This document shows positions 30,104 through 38,824 of a stretch of 64,000 nt of DNA, in pieces. The DNA is taken from positions 64,822 to 128,821 of the forward strand of contig JANQMA010000026.1 in NCBI GenBank assembly GCA_028280285.1. Reading direction: 5' to 3'. Position numbers and translations under genes: made by a program. The DNA comes from Candidatus Omnitrophota bacterium (lineage in GTDB: Bacteria > Omnitrophota > Gorgyraeia > Zapsychrales > Zapsychraceae). The notes beneath the pieces were generated by a model. That model searched no databases, had not been told where the DNA came from, and saw nothing but the letters and a program-made list of their open reading frames with translations. The stretch's first letter is position 1. Every line of letters starts with the position of its first letter.

Positions 30104-31606
30104 ATGAATAACACATTCTATCTAACAACCCCAATTTACTACGTCAATGACAAGCCGCATATCGGGCATGCCTATACGACGATTCTCGCTGACGTTCTGA
30201 CGCGTTACCATAAACTGCGCGGACAGGATGTCTTTTTTTTAACCGGTCTTGATGAGCACGGCCAAAAGGTCCAGCAGGCCGCCGCAAAACGCGGCATGGA
30301 ACCTCAAGATCACTGCGACGACTTGGCACCTAACTTCACACAGCTGTGGGATAAACTCGAAATCAAATACGACGATTTTATCCGTACGACCGAGGAGCGT
30401 CACAAAAAAGTTGTCCGTGAGGCCTTACAAAAAGTGCATGACGCAGGTGATATTTATGTTGATGAGTATGAAGGCTGGTATTCGGTCAGTGAAGAACGGT
30501 TTATTACGGAAACGGAAAAGGATTCCGGCGAATTTCGTGATGTTAAAAAGCTTAAAGAAAAAAATTATTTCTTTAAGATGAGTAAATATCAGGATCGTTT
30601 GATTAAACATATTGAAGATAACCCTGCGTTTATCCAACCTGAGCATCGCAAAAATGAAATCCTTGGATTTCTCCGTCAGCCCTTAAACGATTTATGTATT
30701 TCCCGCCCCAAGGAGCGTTTGAACTGGGGGATTGAATTACCCTTTGACAGTGATTATGTGACGTATGTCTGGTTTGACGCGCTGCTTAATTACACCTCGG
30801 CGCCGGGTTATTTGTCGGATGAGGATAAGTTTAGTAAATGGTGGCCGGCGAGTGTCCATTTAATCGGTAAGGATATTTTAACGACGCATTGTGTGTATTG
30901 GCCGACAATGCTATTTTCCCTCGGGGTTGAGTTGCCTAAAACTGTGTTTGCCCACGGCTGGTGGCTTATGGGGGAATCGAAGATGAGTAAGTCGTTAGGG
31001 AATGTTGTCAGCCCGCTTGATTTGATCGAGGAGTATGGGGTTGATCCGGTCCGTTATTATTTGATGCGTGAGATGGTCCTTGGACAAGATGCGAACTTCA
31101 CAATGGAGTCGTTTATTAAACGGTTTAACAGCGACCTGGCCAATGACTTTGGTAACTTGCTTAATCGTTTAAGCGGACTTATCGGTAAATATTTCGACGG
31201 TGTTGTCCCTGATCCGGGAGAACTGACTGAGGCCGAACAAGATCTTCAAGCGCGTGCCACAGGTCTTGATGAAAAGATTGTCGAACTCATTGATAATTTT
31301 CACGTTAATGAAGCGATTGAAGAAACATTGCAGGTTGTCCGTTTTATCAATAAATATATGGAAGCCCAGGCGCCGTGGAAGGTGGCAAAGGAAGATGTGA
31401 AGGCCGCCGGACGTATTCTCTACGCAGCAGCCGAGACCTTGCGTATCTGTGCGGTGCATTTGGCGCCGGTTATGCCGGATAAGTGTAGTCAGGTGTTACA
31501 CGTTATGGGGTGTGAGAATTTACATTCTGCATGGGGCGGCCTTCTGCCGGGAGTTAAATTAAAGGAACATGAAGCATTGTTTCCGAGGTTGGAGATAAAT
31601 GAGTAA
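30104..31606 (+). CDS. metG: Methionyl-tRNA synthetase (short form)
   Basis: HIGH, YVWFDAL, KMSKS. Confidence 0.97.
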   Translation: MNNTFYLTTPIYYVNDKPHIGHAYTTILADVLTRYHKLRGQDVFFLTGLDEHGQKVQQAAAKRGMEPQDHCDDLAPNFTQLWDKLEIKYDDFIRTTEERHKKVVREALQKVHDAGDIYVDEYEGWYSVSEERFITETEKDSGEFRDVKKLKEKNYFFKMSKYQDRLIKHIEDNPAFIQPEHRKNEILGFLRQPLNDLCISRPKERLNWGIELPFDSDYVTYVWFDALLNYTSAPGYLSDEDKFSKWWPASVHLIGKDILTTHCVYWPTMLFSLGVELPKTVFAHGWWLMGESKMSKSLGNVVSPLDLIEEYGVDPVRYYLMREMVLGQDANFTMESFIKRFNSDLANDFGNLLNRLSGLIGKYFDGVVPDPGELTEAEQDLQARATGLDEKIVELIDNFHVNEAIEETLQVVRFINKYMEAQAPWKVAKEDVKAAGRILYAAAETLRICAVHLAPVMPDKCSQVLHVMGCENLHSAWGGLLPGVKLKEHEALFPRLEINE

Positions 31607-31695
31607 TTAGCGTTTAGCGTATAGCGTTTAGGGAGTGGTTAGTTATTAGTCACTAATCACTTTCTATTCGCTATCCGCTATGCGCTGTACGCTAA
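31607..31695. repeat. Heptamer-unit inverted repeat, WTAGCGT family, with inner mini-hairpin
   Basis: ttagcgt-ttagcgt-atagcgt-ttaggga ... tttctat-tcgctat-ccgctat-gcgctgt-acgctaa. Confidence 0.92.
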
Positions 31696-31699
31696 AATT

Positions 31700-32740
31700 A
31701 TGCCAATACAAACAATAAAATGGGTAAACGGTTCCGTTCGCCTCATTGATCAAACAAAACTGCCGAACCGCTTAACCTATTTGACATGCCGTGATGTTAA
31801 ATCACTGTGGCATGCGATCAAACGTTTAAGTGTGCGCGGTGCGCCGGCGATCGGTGCGGCGGCGGCCTTTGGCGTTCTTTTAGGTATTAAATCTTTCCGC
31901 GGCAGTACGCGCGCGGCATTTGATAAACATATTAAAAAGGTATCTGATTATATTGCAACCTCGCGTCCGACGGCAGTGAATCTCTTTAATGCGCTCGCAC
32001 AGATGGAGGCTGTTTTAAAAAATAATCCCAAGGCAGATCTGAAAAAGATCAAAGCGCTTTTGCATAAAGAGGCCATGACAATTTTTAAAGAAGATCAACG
32101 TGTGTGCCGCAAAATGGGAGAGTATGGTGCTAAGTTGATTAAAAAAGGCGTGAATGCATTGACTATTTGTAATGCCGGAGCGCTTGCGACCGTTGACTAT
32201 GGAACGGCCCTCGGTGTTTTTTATGCGGCGAAAAAGGCTAGAAAGAAATTTCATGTCTATGCGTGTGAGACGCGTCCGCTTCTGCAGGGCGCGCGCTTAA
32301 CCGCCTGGGAGCTGATGCAATCAAAGATCGATACAACGCTTATTTGTGACAGCATGGCGGCGACACTGATGAAGCAGGGCAAGGTCGATATTATTTTCAC
32401 TGGCGCCGACCGTGTGGCCTCTAATGGGGACGCCGCGAACAAAATCGGCACATATAATCTTGCCGTACTTGCCAAGCATCACGGCGTGCCGTTTTATATC
32501 GTTGCGCCTTATTCGACATTTGATTTAACAATTAAAAACGGCAAGCAAATTCCGATCGAAGAACGCGGCCGTGATGAGGTGATTAATTTTCGCTCGGTCC
32601 AGACGGCGCCTAAAAAAGTAAAAGTTTATAATCCGGCCTTTGATGTGACGGAAAACAGTTTGATTACGGGCATCATCACCGAATACGGCATTATCAAAAA
32701 TCCAACCCGCAAAAAAGTCAAAAAAGTTTTAGGGAAGTGA
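31700..32740 (+). CDS. mtnA: Methylthioribose-1-phosphate isomerase
   Basis: VRGAPAIG, RPTAVNL, CNAGALAT, ETRPLLQG, NPAFDVT. Confidence 0.96.
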   Translation: MPIQTIKWVNGSVRLIDQTKLPNRLTYLTCRDVKSLWHAIKRLSVRGAPAIGAAAAFGVLLGIKSFRGSTRAAFDKHIKKVSDYIATSRPTAVNLFNALAQMEAVLKNNPKADLKKIKALLHKEAMTIFKEDQRVCRKMGEYGAKLIKKGVNALTICNAGALATVDYGTALGVFYAAKKARKKFHVYACETRPLLQGARLTAWELMQSKIDTTLICDSMAATLMKQGKVDIIFTGADRVASNGDAANKIGTYNLAVLAKHHGVPFYIVAPYSTFDLTIKNGKQIPIEERGRDEVINFRSVQTAPKKVKVYNPAFDVTENSLITGIITEYGIIKNPTRKKVKKVLGK

Positions 32741-33642
32741 AGACCTCATTATCAAAGCTAGGCGAATTCGGCCTGATTGATTTTATCAAAAAACGCATCG
32801 ATAAAAATGCGTCCGTGATCGAGGGTATCGGTGATGATACGGCGATTGTTTCTTACCCGGCGAATAAGAAATTGCTTCTGACAACCGATATGCTCATTGA
32901 AGATGTGCATTTTACCAAAGACATCCCGGCGCGTGTGATCGGCCATAAGGCACTAGCTTGCAGCATCAGTGATATTGCCGCGATGGGTGGTGTGCCGCGT
33001 CATGCGCTGGTATCGCTGGGTGTTTCAGGACGGACTAAAACGCAGTATGTTAAAGAGATTTACAGCGGCATCAACCGTCTGGCGCGCAAGCATAAAGTGG
33101 CGATTGTCGGGGGGGACACAGTCAAAAGCGATAAGCTTATTATTAATATTGCGCTCACCGGGGAGGCGGAGTTAAAACATGTGATTAAACGCAGCGGCGC
33201 GCGTGTGGGCGATCAGATATTTGTGACCGGTCGACTGGGTGGATCACTTGAGACAGGGCGGCATTTAACGTTTCAACCACGCCTTAAAGAATCAAAATAT
33301 TTGGTTAAGTATTTTAAACCGACGGCCATGATTGATATCTCCGACGGCCTGGCGCCGGACTTAAAGCATATCCTTGAAGCATCTGACGTCGGTGCGCATT
33401 TAATTGAAGAGAATATCCCGGTTCATGCGGATGTTTCGGTGGTGAATGCCATGTATGACGGTGAGGATTTTGAGCTGTTATTCACTTTACCCAAGGCGCA
33501 GGCTAAACAATTAATGAAAAGAAAATTGACAATGAAGTTTTACCCTATTGGCGAAATTGTTGATAAAAAAGATAAGTTTTGTGTCATTGACCGTGAGGGG
33601 CGTAAAAAAGATTTAACCCGCAAAGGCTTTCAGCATTTCTAA
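32737..33642 (+). CDS. thiL: Thiamine-monophosphate kinase
   Basis: GEFGLI, GDDTA, SDIAAMGG, GGDT, DISDGL, GEDFEL. Confidence 0.95.
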   Translation: MKTSLSKLGEFGLIDFIKKRIDKNASVIEGIGDDTAIVSYPANKKLLLTTDMLIEDVHFTKDIPARVIGHKALACSISDIAAMGGVPRHALVSLGVSGRTKTQYVKEIYSGINRLARKHKVAIVGGDTVKSDKLIINIALTGEAELKHVIKRSGARVGDQIFVTGRLGGSLETGRHLTFQPRLKESKYLVKYFKPTAMIDISDGLAPDLKHILEASDVGAHLIEENIPVHADVSVVNAMYDGEDFELLFTLPKAQAKQLMKRKLTMKFYPIGEIVDKKDKFCVIDREGRKKDLTRKGFQHF

Positions 33643-34106
33643 TGATTACTGTTAAAACCGAAAACGAAAAAGAGACGAAAGCATTGGCTGCGAGGCTTGC
33701 CAAATTGCTTAAGCCCGGGGATATTGTCTTTCTTAACGGTGATCTGGGAACGGGGAAAACAACCTTTGTTAAGGGGGCGGCTAAGCATTTTAAAGTCGAT
33801 GAAACTAAAGTGGTGAGCCCGACTTATGTGCTGCTTAATATCTATGACGGGAAGTATGAGATCTATCACTTTGATCTTTATCGTCTAGATAACATGAATC
33901 AGATTAATACGATCGGTTATGAAGAGTTTTTTTATGGCGAGGGCATTTCTTTTGTCGAGTGGCCTGAAAGATTGGGTGATGCTGCGCCGAGTGAGTATTT
34001 GAAGGTGACGATCGCTCATCGTACGGAAGGTAAACGGACGATTAAGATAATGGCCCGTGGGACCCGTTATAAGAACCTATTAGAAAAAATCAAAGAATTA
34101 AAATAG
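33642..34106 (+). CDS. tsaE: t6A biosynthesis ATPase
   Basis: GDLGTGKT, SPTY, HFDLYRL, VEW. Confidence 0.96.
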   Translation: MITVKTENEKETKALAARLAKLLKPGDIVFLNGDLGTGKTTFVKGAAKHFKVDETKVVSPTYVLLNIYDGKYEIYHFDLYRLDNMNQINTIGYEEFFYGEGISFVEWPERLGDAAPSEYLKVTIAHRTEGKRTIKIMARGTRYKNLLEKIKELK

Positions 34107-34197
34107 CGCTTAGCGTATAGCGTTTAGCGAATAGGAAGTTTTCAGTGTTGACAACTGCAGGCTTTCTAAACGCTAACCGCTATACCCTATACGCTAA
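34103..34197. repeat. Heptamer-unit inverted repeat, WTAGCGT family; first unit contains the tsaE TAG stop
   Basis: atagcgc-ttagcgt-atagcgt-ttagcga-ataggaa ... tttctaa-acgctaa-ccgctat-accctat-acgctaa. Confidence 0.92.
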
Positions 34198-34204
34198 ATT
34201 CATT

Positions 34205-34873
34205 ATGAATCTATTACTAATCGACACTTCGACTAAAAACTTAAGTATTACCGTTGCCAAGGATGATAAGGTGTTATCTTTTTCCAACGCGAAGATGACA
34301 AAGACGCTTAATACCGCGATTATTCCGGCGATCGATAAACAACTTAAGAAGAATAAGCTTAAGATGGATGATATTGATTGTATTGTGATCGGTCAAGGAC
34401 CGGGGGCGTTTACATCGCTGCGTGTCGGTATGGCAACAGTCAAGGGCTTGGCCTTTTCCCGCGGCTTGCCGCTTATCGGCGTGTCGAGCCTGGATGCTGT
34501 TGCGATGAATGTGAAGGGCGATGTTACAGGGTTATGTGTGGTGAGTGACGCCAAGCGCAAACTTGTGTATGCGGCGACCTACGATAAGATAGATGGGACG
34601 CTTATAAAGCAAATGGACTACACATTGTGTTCCATCGACGATTTGCTTAAAGCAGTGCCTGATGATGCGACATTTATCGGTGACGGGGTTCCCTTATATA
34701 GAGAAGCGATTGAGAAGAAGCACATGGTGATTGAGGACGAAGAGTTGTATAAGCCGCAGGCGAAGAATTTTCTGGGGCTCATTCAAGATCGGTTAAAGGC
34801 AAAGGAGTATGATGATATCGATACCCTTGAGCCGCTGTACTTGTATCCTGAGGATTGTCAGGTTAGGCAATAA
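34205..34873 (+). CDS. tsaB: t6A biosynthesis protein TsaB
   Basis: LLIDTS, GPGAFTSLRVG, DAKR, EPLY; start ATG 34205. Confidence 0.94.
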   Translation: MNLLLIDTSTKNLSITVAKDDKVLSFSNAKMTKTLNTAIIPAIDKQLKKNKLKMDDIDCIVIGQGPGAFTSLRVGMATVKGLAFSRGLPLIGVSSLDAVAMNVKGDVTGLCVVSDAKRKLVYAATYDKIDGTLIKQMDYTLCSIDDLLKAVPDDATFIGDGVPLYREAIEKKHMVIEDEELYKPQAKNFLGLIQDRLKAKEYDDIDTLEPLYLYPEDCQVRQ

Positions 34874-34887
34874 TGTAATAATTTAAT

Positions 34888-34982
34888 TAAGCGTATAGGG
34901 TATAGCGTTTAGCGAATAGGTAGTAATTAGTGTTTTAGTCTGATAACTACCTAAACGCTATGCGCCGTACGCTAAACGCTAA
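34888..34982. repeat. Heptamer-unit inverted repeat, WTAGCGT family
   Basis: taagcgt-atagggt-atagcgt-ttagcga-ataggta ... tacctaa-acgctat-gcgccgt-acgctaa-acgctaa. Confidence 0.92.
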
Positions 34983-34987
34983 ATATT

Positions 34988-36151
34988 ATGGTTAATAAAT
35001 CTTCACAACACACCTATATCGAAATTGATAAGAAGGCTATTCAATATAACTTGAAGCAGCTTAAAAAATTGATTATCAAAAATTATCAATTCTCTTTGCC
35101 AACCCGCCCAAAGCCGAAAAATCCTCCTGAGTTACTCACGATCATCAAAGCCAATGCGTATGGGCACGGGATGTGCGCGGTGGTCGATGTCTTAAGAAAA
35201 GAGGGGATCAATTTTTTTGGGGTCTCGGATATTGCCGAAGGAGTGGTTTTGCGCAAACACAAAATCAAAGATCCGATTTTGATCCTGGAAAGTGTTTTAC
35301 CGAATCAAGTCGATGATATTATCAAATATAATTTTACGCCGATGATCTGTGCGTATGATGTGGCCGTTAAGCTCAATAAGGCCGCCAAGGCGAAAAACAA
35401 ACGCGTTGATATTCACATTAAAGTTGATACCGGGATGGGACGTCTCGGGGTATGGCACAATGACGCGATCGATTTTATTGCGCGGGTAAATAAGCTGGGA
35501 AATCTGCGCATCATGGGGCTTATGACGCATTTCCCGGCGGCGGACACCGATAAGGTATTCACCCAAAAGCAGCTTGATATTTTATATGAGATAGTAACCA
35601 CTTTAGATCAAAGCGGGCTGATTATTCCCTATATTCACGCGGCCAACAGCATGGGGCTGGCCGGGTATAAAACTCATATTTTGAATTTGGCGCGTCCCGG
35701 CATTATGCTTTACGGGCTTTATCCGCATCCGAGTCTTAAGACAAAGGTGAATCTCAAACCGGTGATGGGGGTTAAATCAAAAGTGATCTTTTTTAAAAGT
35801 ATTGAGCAGGGCCAGAGCATAAGCTATGGCCGGACATTTTTTACCAAAAAACCGATGTGTATTGCCACCATTCCGATTGGGTATAATGACGGGTATTTTC
35901 GCAGTCTGTCCAATAAGGCCGAGGTGCTGATTGAAGGCAAACGCTGCCCGGTTTTGGGCGTAGTGACCATGGATCAGATTATTGTGGATGCGACGCATAT
36001 CGATAAATTGCGCTTGGGAACACCGGTCACTATAATAGGGAAGCAAGGCCCTGAAGAAATCACGGCCGATGAACTTGCGCTTGCCGCCGGGACGATTAAT
36101 TATGAGGTGGTGTGTTCACTTGGAAATAGACTTGAGCATGTTTATAAATGA
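34988..36151 (+). CDS. alr: Alanine racemase
   Basis: IKANAYGHG, KVDTGMGRLG, HAANS, RPGIMLYG, GTINYE. Confidence 0.96.
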   Translation: MVNKSSQHTYIEIDKKAIQYNLKQLKKLIIKNYQFSLPTRPKPKNPPELLTIIKANAYGHGMCAVVDVLRKEGINFFGVSDIAEGVVLRKHKIKDPILILESVLPNQVDDIIKYNFTPMICAYDVAVKLNKAAKAKNKRVDIHIKVDTGMGRLGVWHNDAIDFIARVNKLGNLRIMGLMTHFPAADTDKVFTQKQLDILYEIVTTLDQSGLIIPYIHAANSMGLAGYKTHILNLARPGIMLYGLYPHPSLKTKVNLKPVMGVKSKVIFFKSIEQGQSISYGRTFFTKKPMCIATIPIGYNDGYFRSLSNKAEVLIEGKRCPVLGVVTMDQIIVDATHIDKLRLGTPVTIIGKQGPEEITADELALAAGTINYEVVCSLGNRLEHVYK

Positions 36152-36156
36152 AATTG

Positions 36157-36237
36157 GTGATCTGTGATCTGTGTTCTGTGATCTGGAAAATAATATCATA
36201 GATTTATTCGGACCACAGACCACTGAACACGGACCAC
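36157..36237. repeat. Heptamer-unit inverted repeat, GTGATCT family
   Basis: gtgatct-gtgatct-gtgttct-gtgatct ... ggaccac-agaccac-tgaacac-ggaccac. Confidence 0.9.
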
Positions 36238-36252
36238 AATAGGAGCTTTTTA

Positions 36253-37326
36253 ATGAGCAAGTTACTCGAACTCTCAGTCATTTTTCTTAAACTTGGGACA
36301 GTTGCCTTCGGTGGTCCGGTGGCGCATATCGCGATGATGGAAGAGGAGTTTGTCGAAAAACGCAAGTGGCTCACCCGTGATCATTTCCTGGATCTGATTG
36401 GCGCAACCAATTTGATCCCGGGGCCAAACTCGACGGAGATGGCCATGCATTTGGGCTTTGTGCGTGCACGGTTTGCCGGGCTTGTTGTCGCCGGCGTTTC
36501 TTTTATCCTGCCGGCGGTGTGTTTAACAGGGGCGCTTGCGTATCTTTATATTCACTACGGCTATTTGCCGAAGTTTGAAGCGGTCTTTTTAGGGATTCGT
36601 GCGGCGATCCTTGCGCTTATTTTAAGCGCGATCCTCAAACTTGGCAAAAAGGCGGTTAAGAATCGCACACTCGGTGTGATCGGTATTATCGCGCTTGCGC
36701 TTGTATTATACGGAGTGAATGAAGTCGCGGCACTCTTTATTGCCGGGCTACTGGGGACGGTGTGGACCTATTCGAGCGATACGTTTTTTAAACGCGGCTC
36801 GCCTAAGGTGGCACTTGTGCCGCTCTTTTTAGTGTTCCTTAAAATCGGCGCGATTCTTTTTGGCAGCGGGTATGTCTTGATTGCGTATCTACAAGGGGAG
36901 TTGGTCGAGGGCTTGCATTGGTTGAATGAGGCAGCTCTTCTTGATGCTGTGGCGATCGGTCAGATGACACCGGGGCCGGTGCTCTCCACCTCAACGTTTA
37001 TCGGGTATTATTTAAGCGGAGTGGAAGGGGCGATTGTGGCAACGGTAGGGATGTTTCTGCCGGCCTTTTTCTTTGTGGCTGTCACATCACCCTTTATCAG
37101 CAAAATCCGCCGTGTCCCAATCCTTGGGTGTTTTCTTGATTCGGTTAATGTTGCCGCTGTTGGCCTCATGAGCGCGGTCTTGATCCATCTTGTTCAAACC
37201 TCCATCGTCGACGCCAAATCTGCCACCATCTGCGTCCTGGCGGTTGTGTATGTGTATTTTGTGAAGAAAGTTAATGTGTTTTTGTTGGTAGGGGTGAGTG
37301 CTGTGGCAGGGTTTGTATTGTTTTAA
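36253..37326 (+). CDS. chrA: Chromate ion transporter (long-chain CHR)
   Basis: FGGP, PGPNSTE, FGSGY, TPGPV in two homologous halves. Confidence 0.92.
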   Translation: MSKLLELSVIFLKLGTVAFGGPVAHIAMMEEEFVEKRKWLTRDHFLDLIGATNLIPGPNSTEMAMHLGFVRARFAGLVVAGVSFILPAVCLTGALAYLYIHYGYLPKFEAVFLGIRAAILALILSAILKLGKKAVKNRTLGVIGIIALALVLYGVNEVAALFIAGLLGTVWTYSSDTFFKRGSPKVALVPLFLVFLKIGAILFGSGYVLIAYLQGELVEGLHWLNEAALLDAVAIGQMTPGPVLSTSTFIGYYLSGVEGAIVATVGMFLPAFFFVAVTSPFISKIRRVPILGCFLDSVNVAAVGLMSAVLIHLVQTSIVDAKSATICVLAVVYVYFVKKVNVFLLVGVSAVAGFVLF

Positions 37327-37328
37327 AT

Positions 37329-37406
37329 TTAGCGTCTAGCGGATAGCGGTTAGCGTTTAGGAAGTAATCAGTAACTAGTCGCTATACGCTGTACGCTAAA
37401 CGCTAG
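37329..37406. repeat. Heptamer-unit inverted repeat, WTAGCGT family
   Basis: ttagcgt-ctagcgg-atagcgg-ttagcgt-ttaggaa ... tcgctat-acgctgt-acgctaa-acgctag. Confidence 0.92.
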
Positions 37407-37407
37407 T

Positions 37408-37467
37408 AAGGTGAATGTGTTTTTGTTGGTAGGGGTGAGTGCTTTAGCGGGATTTTTATTATTTTAA
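37408..37467 (+). repeat. Diverged direct duplicate of the last 20 codons of chrA (37267-37326)
   Basis: 52/60 nt identical, 30-nt perfect core; KVNVFLLVGVSALAGFLLF* versus KVNVFLLVGVSAVAGFVLF*. Confidence 0.95.
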
Positions 37468-37496
37468 TTTGGAGAAAAGTATGTTTAGAAGAATCC

Positions 37497-37516
37497 CGGG
37501 GACACGTACGTAATTA
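37497..37516 (+). repeat. GGGGACA...TAATTA half-site (degenerate)
   Basis: cggggacacgtacgtaatta resembles 39360-39379 and the arm of the 50187 palindrome. Confidence 0.6.
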
Positions 37517-37523
37517 ATGAAAG

Positions 37524-37570
37524 GCCTATTCAACTGACGCAGTTGAATGGGTAACGCAGTTGAATGGGTA
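37524..37570. repeat. GCCTATTCAACTG palindrome copy 1, with 17-nt tandem duplication of right arm
   Basis: gcctattcaactg-acg-cagttgaatgggta then acgcagttgaatgggta repeated. Confidence 0.85.
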
Positions 37571-37585
37571 GGCATCTAAGAGTAG

Positions 37586-37683
37586 AATAAAAAAGGGCCA
37601 GGATTGCTCCTGGCCCGACTCGTAACTCAAACTTTCTTTTCGCAAGTTACTTTAAATATAAAGGATAATGCAGGATTTTTCAA
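37586..37683 (-). ncRNA. Candidate small RNA cassette 1 (promoter, ~60-nt transcript, intrinsic terminator)
   Basis: Minus strand TTGAAA-17-TATATT, gtaactt/gagttac hairpin, gggccagga-gcaa-tcctggccc-T6. Confidence 0.45.
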
Positions 37684-37708
37684 TAACAATCACTAACCGA
37701 GGTTAATC

Positions 37709-38764
37709 ATGAAACATAAATTAACAGCAAAGTATTTTTCGCAGGAGGATTTGCTTAAGTCCGGTTGCCTGGATTTAAAGATGGCGATTAAGGCGGCGGA
37801 AGAGGCCCTGCTTGAGCACAGTGACGGGGAGGTGCTTTTTCCGGATAAAATTGTTCAGATATTTAATCATGACACGCAGGAAAGAATCAATTGTCTGCCG
37901 GCCACATTCTTTAAAGAGAAAATTTGCGGCATGAAATGGGTGTCTGTCTTTCCGCCTAATCCGGCGCGCCATGGCCTGCAAAACCTTTCGGCGGTTATGA
38001 TTTTATCGGAAATTGAAAAAGGGTTTCCGCTGTGTTTTATGGAGGGGACATTATGTTCTAATGTCCGTGTCGGCGCGATGGGGGCGCTGGCGGCCAAACA
38101 TTTGGCCAAAAAGGATCCTAAATCGATCGGCTTTATCGGCAGCGGCGAGCAGGCTAAGATGCATTTGATTGCCATGAAAACAATTTTTTCAACGATTGAG
38201 GAGTGCCGGGTCGCGGCTAAGGAAGATGTGGAAGAAGAGGCATTCATCTATGAAATGAAGGCGATTTTTCCTGATATCACATTTCAAGCCGCGCAAACAG
38301 AATTAGAGCGATCGGTCGATGGGGCGGACATTGTTGTCACCGCCACCAGTGTGCAGGCGCCGCTCCTTAAAGCCGATTGGGTTAAGCCGGGCGCCTTTTA
38401 CAGCCATATCGGCGGATGGGAAGATGAGTATGCCGTTGCCAAACAATCCGATAAAATTGTCTGTGACGACTGGGAAACCGTTAAGCACCGCACACAAACA
38501 TTGAGCCGTATGTATAAGGACGGTGAGCTCAAAGATGATGATATCTATTGTAATTTGATCGATATTGTGCGCGGTGAGAAAAAAGGGCGCGAGTCGGAGG
38601 ATGAGAGGGTTTATTTTAATGCGGTAGGGCTCGCGTATGTGGATGTGGCGATCGCAATCGCAATGTACAACCGTGCTTTAGAGTCCGGGGTTGGACAAGA
38701 TCTAACCATTCAGGACTGCATGATTTTTCAACACGAAGAAATCAAAGACTGGATTCGTTTGTGA
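37709..38764 (+). CDS. Ornithine cyclodeaminase/mu-crystallin family protein
   Basis: GMKWVSVFP.N, GFIGSGEQA, ADIVVTATS, AVGLAYVDVA. Confidence 0.88.
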   Translation: MKHKLTAKYFSQEDLLKSGCLDLKMAIKAAEEALLEHSDGEVLFPDKIVQIFNHDTQERINCLPATFFKEKICGMKWVSVFPPNPARHGLQNLSAVMILSEIEKGFPLCFMEGTLCSNVRVGAMGALAAKHLAKKDPKSIGFIGSGEQAKMHLIAMKTIFSTIEECRVAAKEDVEEEAFIYEMKAIFPDITFQAAQTELERSVDGADIVVTATSVQAPLLKADWVKPGAFYSHIGGWEDEYAVAKQSDKIVCDDWETVKHRTQTLSRMYKDGELKDDDIYCNLIDIVRGEKKGRESEDERVYFNAVGLAYVDVAIAIAMYNRALESGVGQDLTIQDCMIFQHEEIKDWIRL

Positions 38765-38771
38765 ACACAAA

Positions 38772-38801
38772 GCCTATTCAACTGCGGCAGTTGAATAGGT
38801 A
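38772..38801. repeat. GCCTATTCAACTG palindrome copy 2
   Basis: gcctattcaactgc-g-gcagttgaataggt. Confidence 0.88.
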
Positions 38802-38824
38802 GTATTTATATTGAGGAGAAAATT

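Noticed and set aside
37267-37467. Diversity-generating retroelement TR/VR pair
   Set aside because: Differences are not confined to adenines in either copy, are mostly synonymous, and no reverse transcriptase is present in the window.
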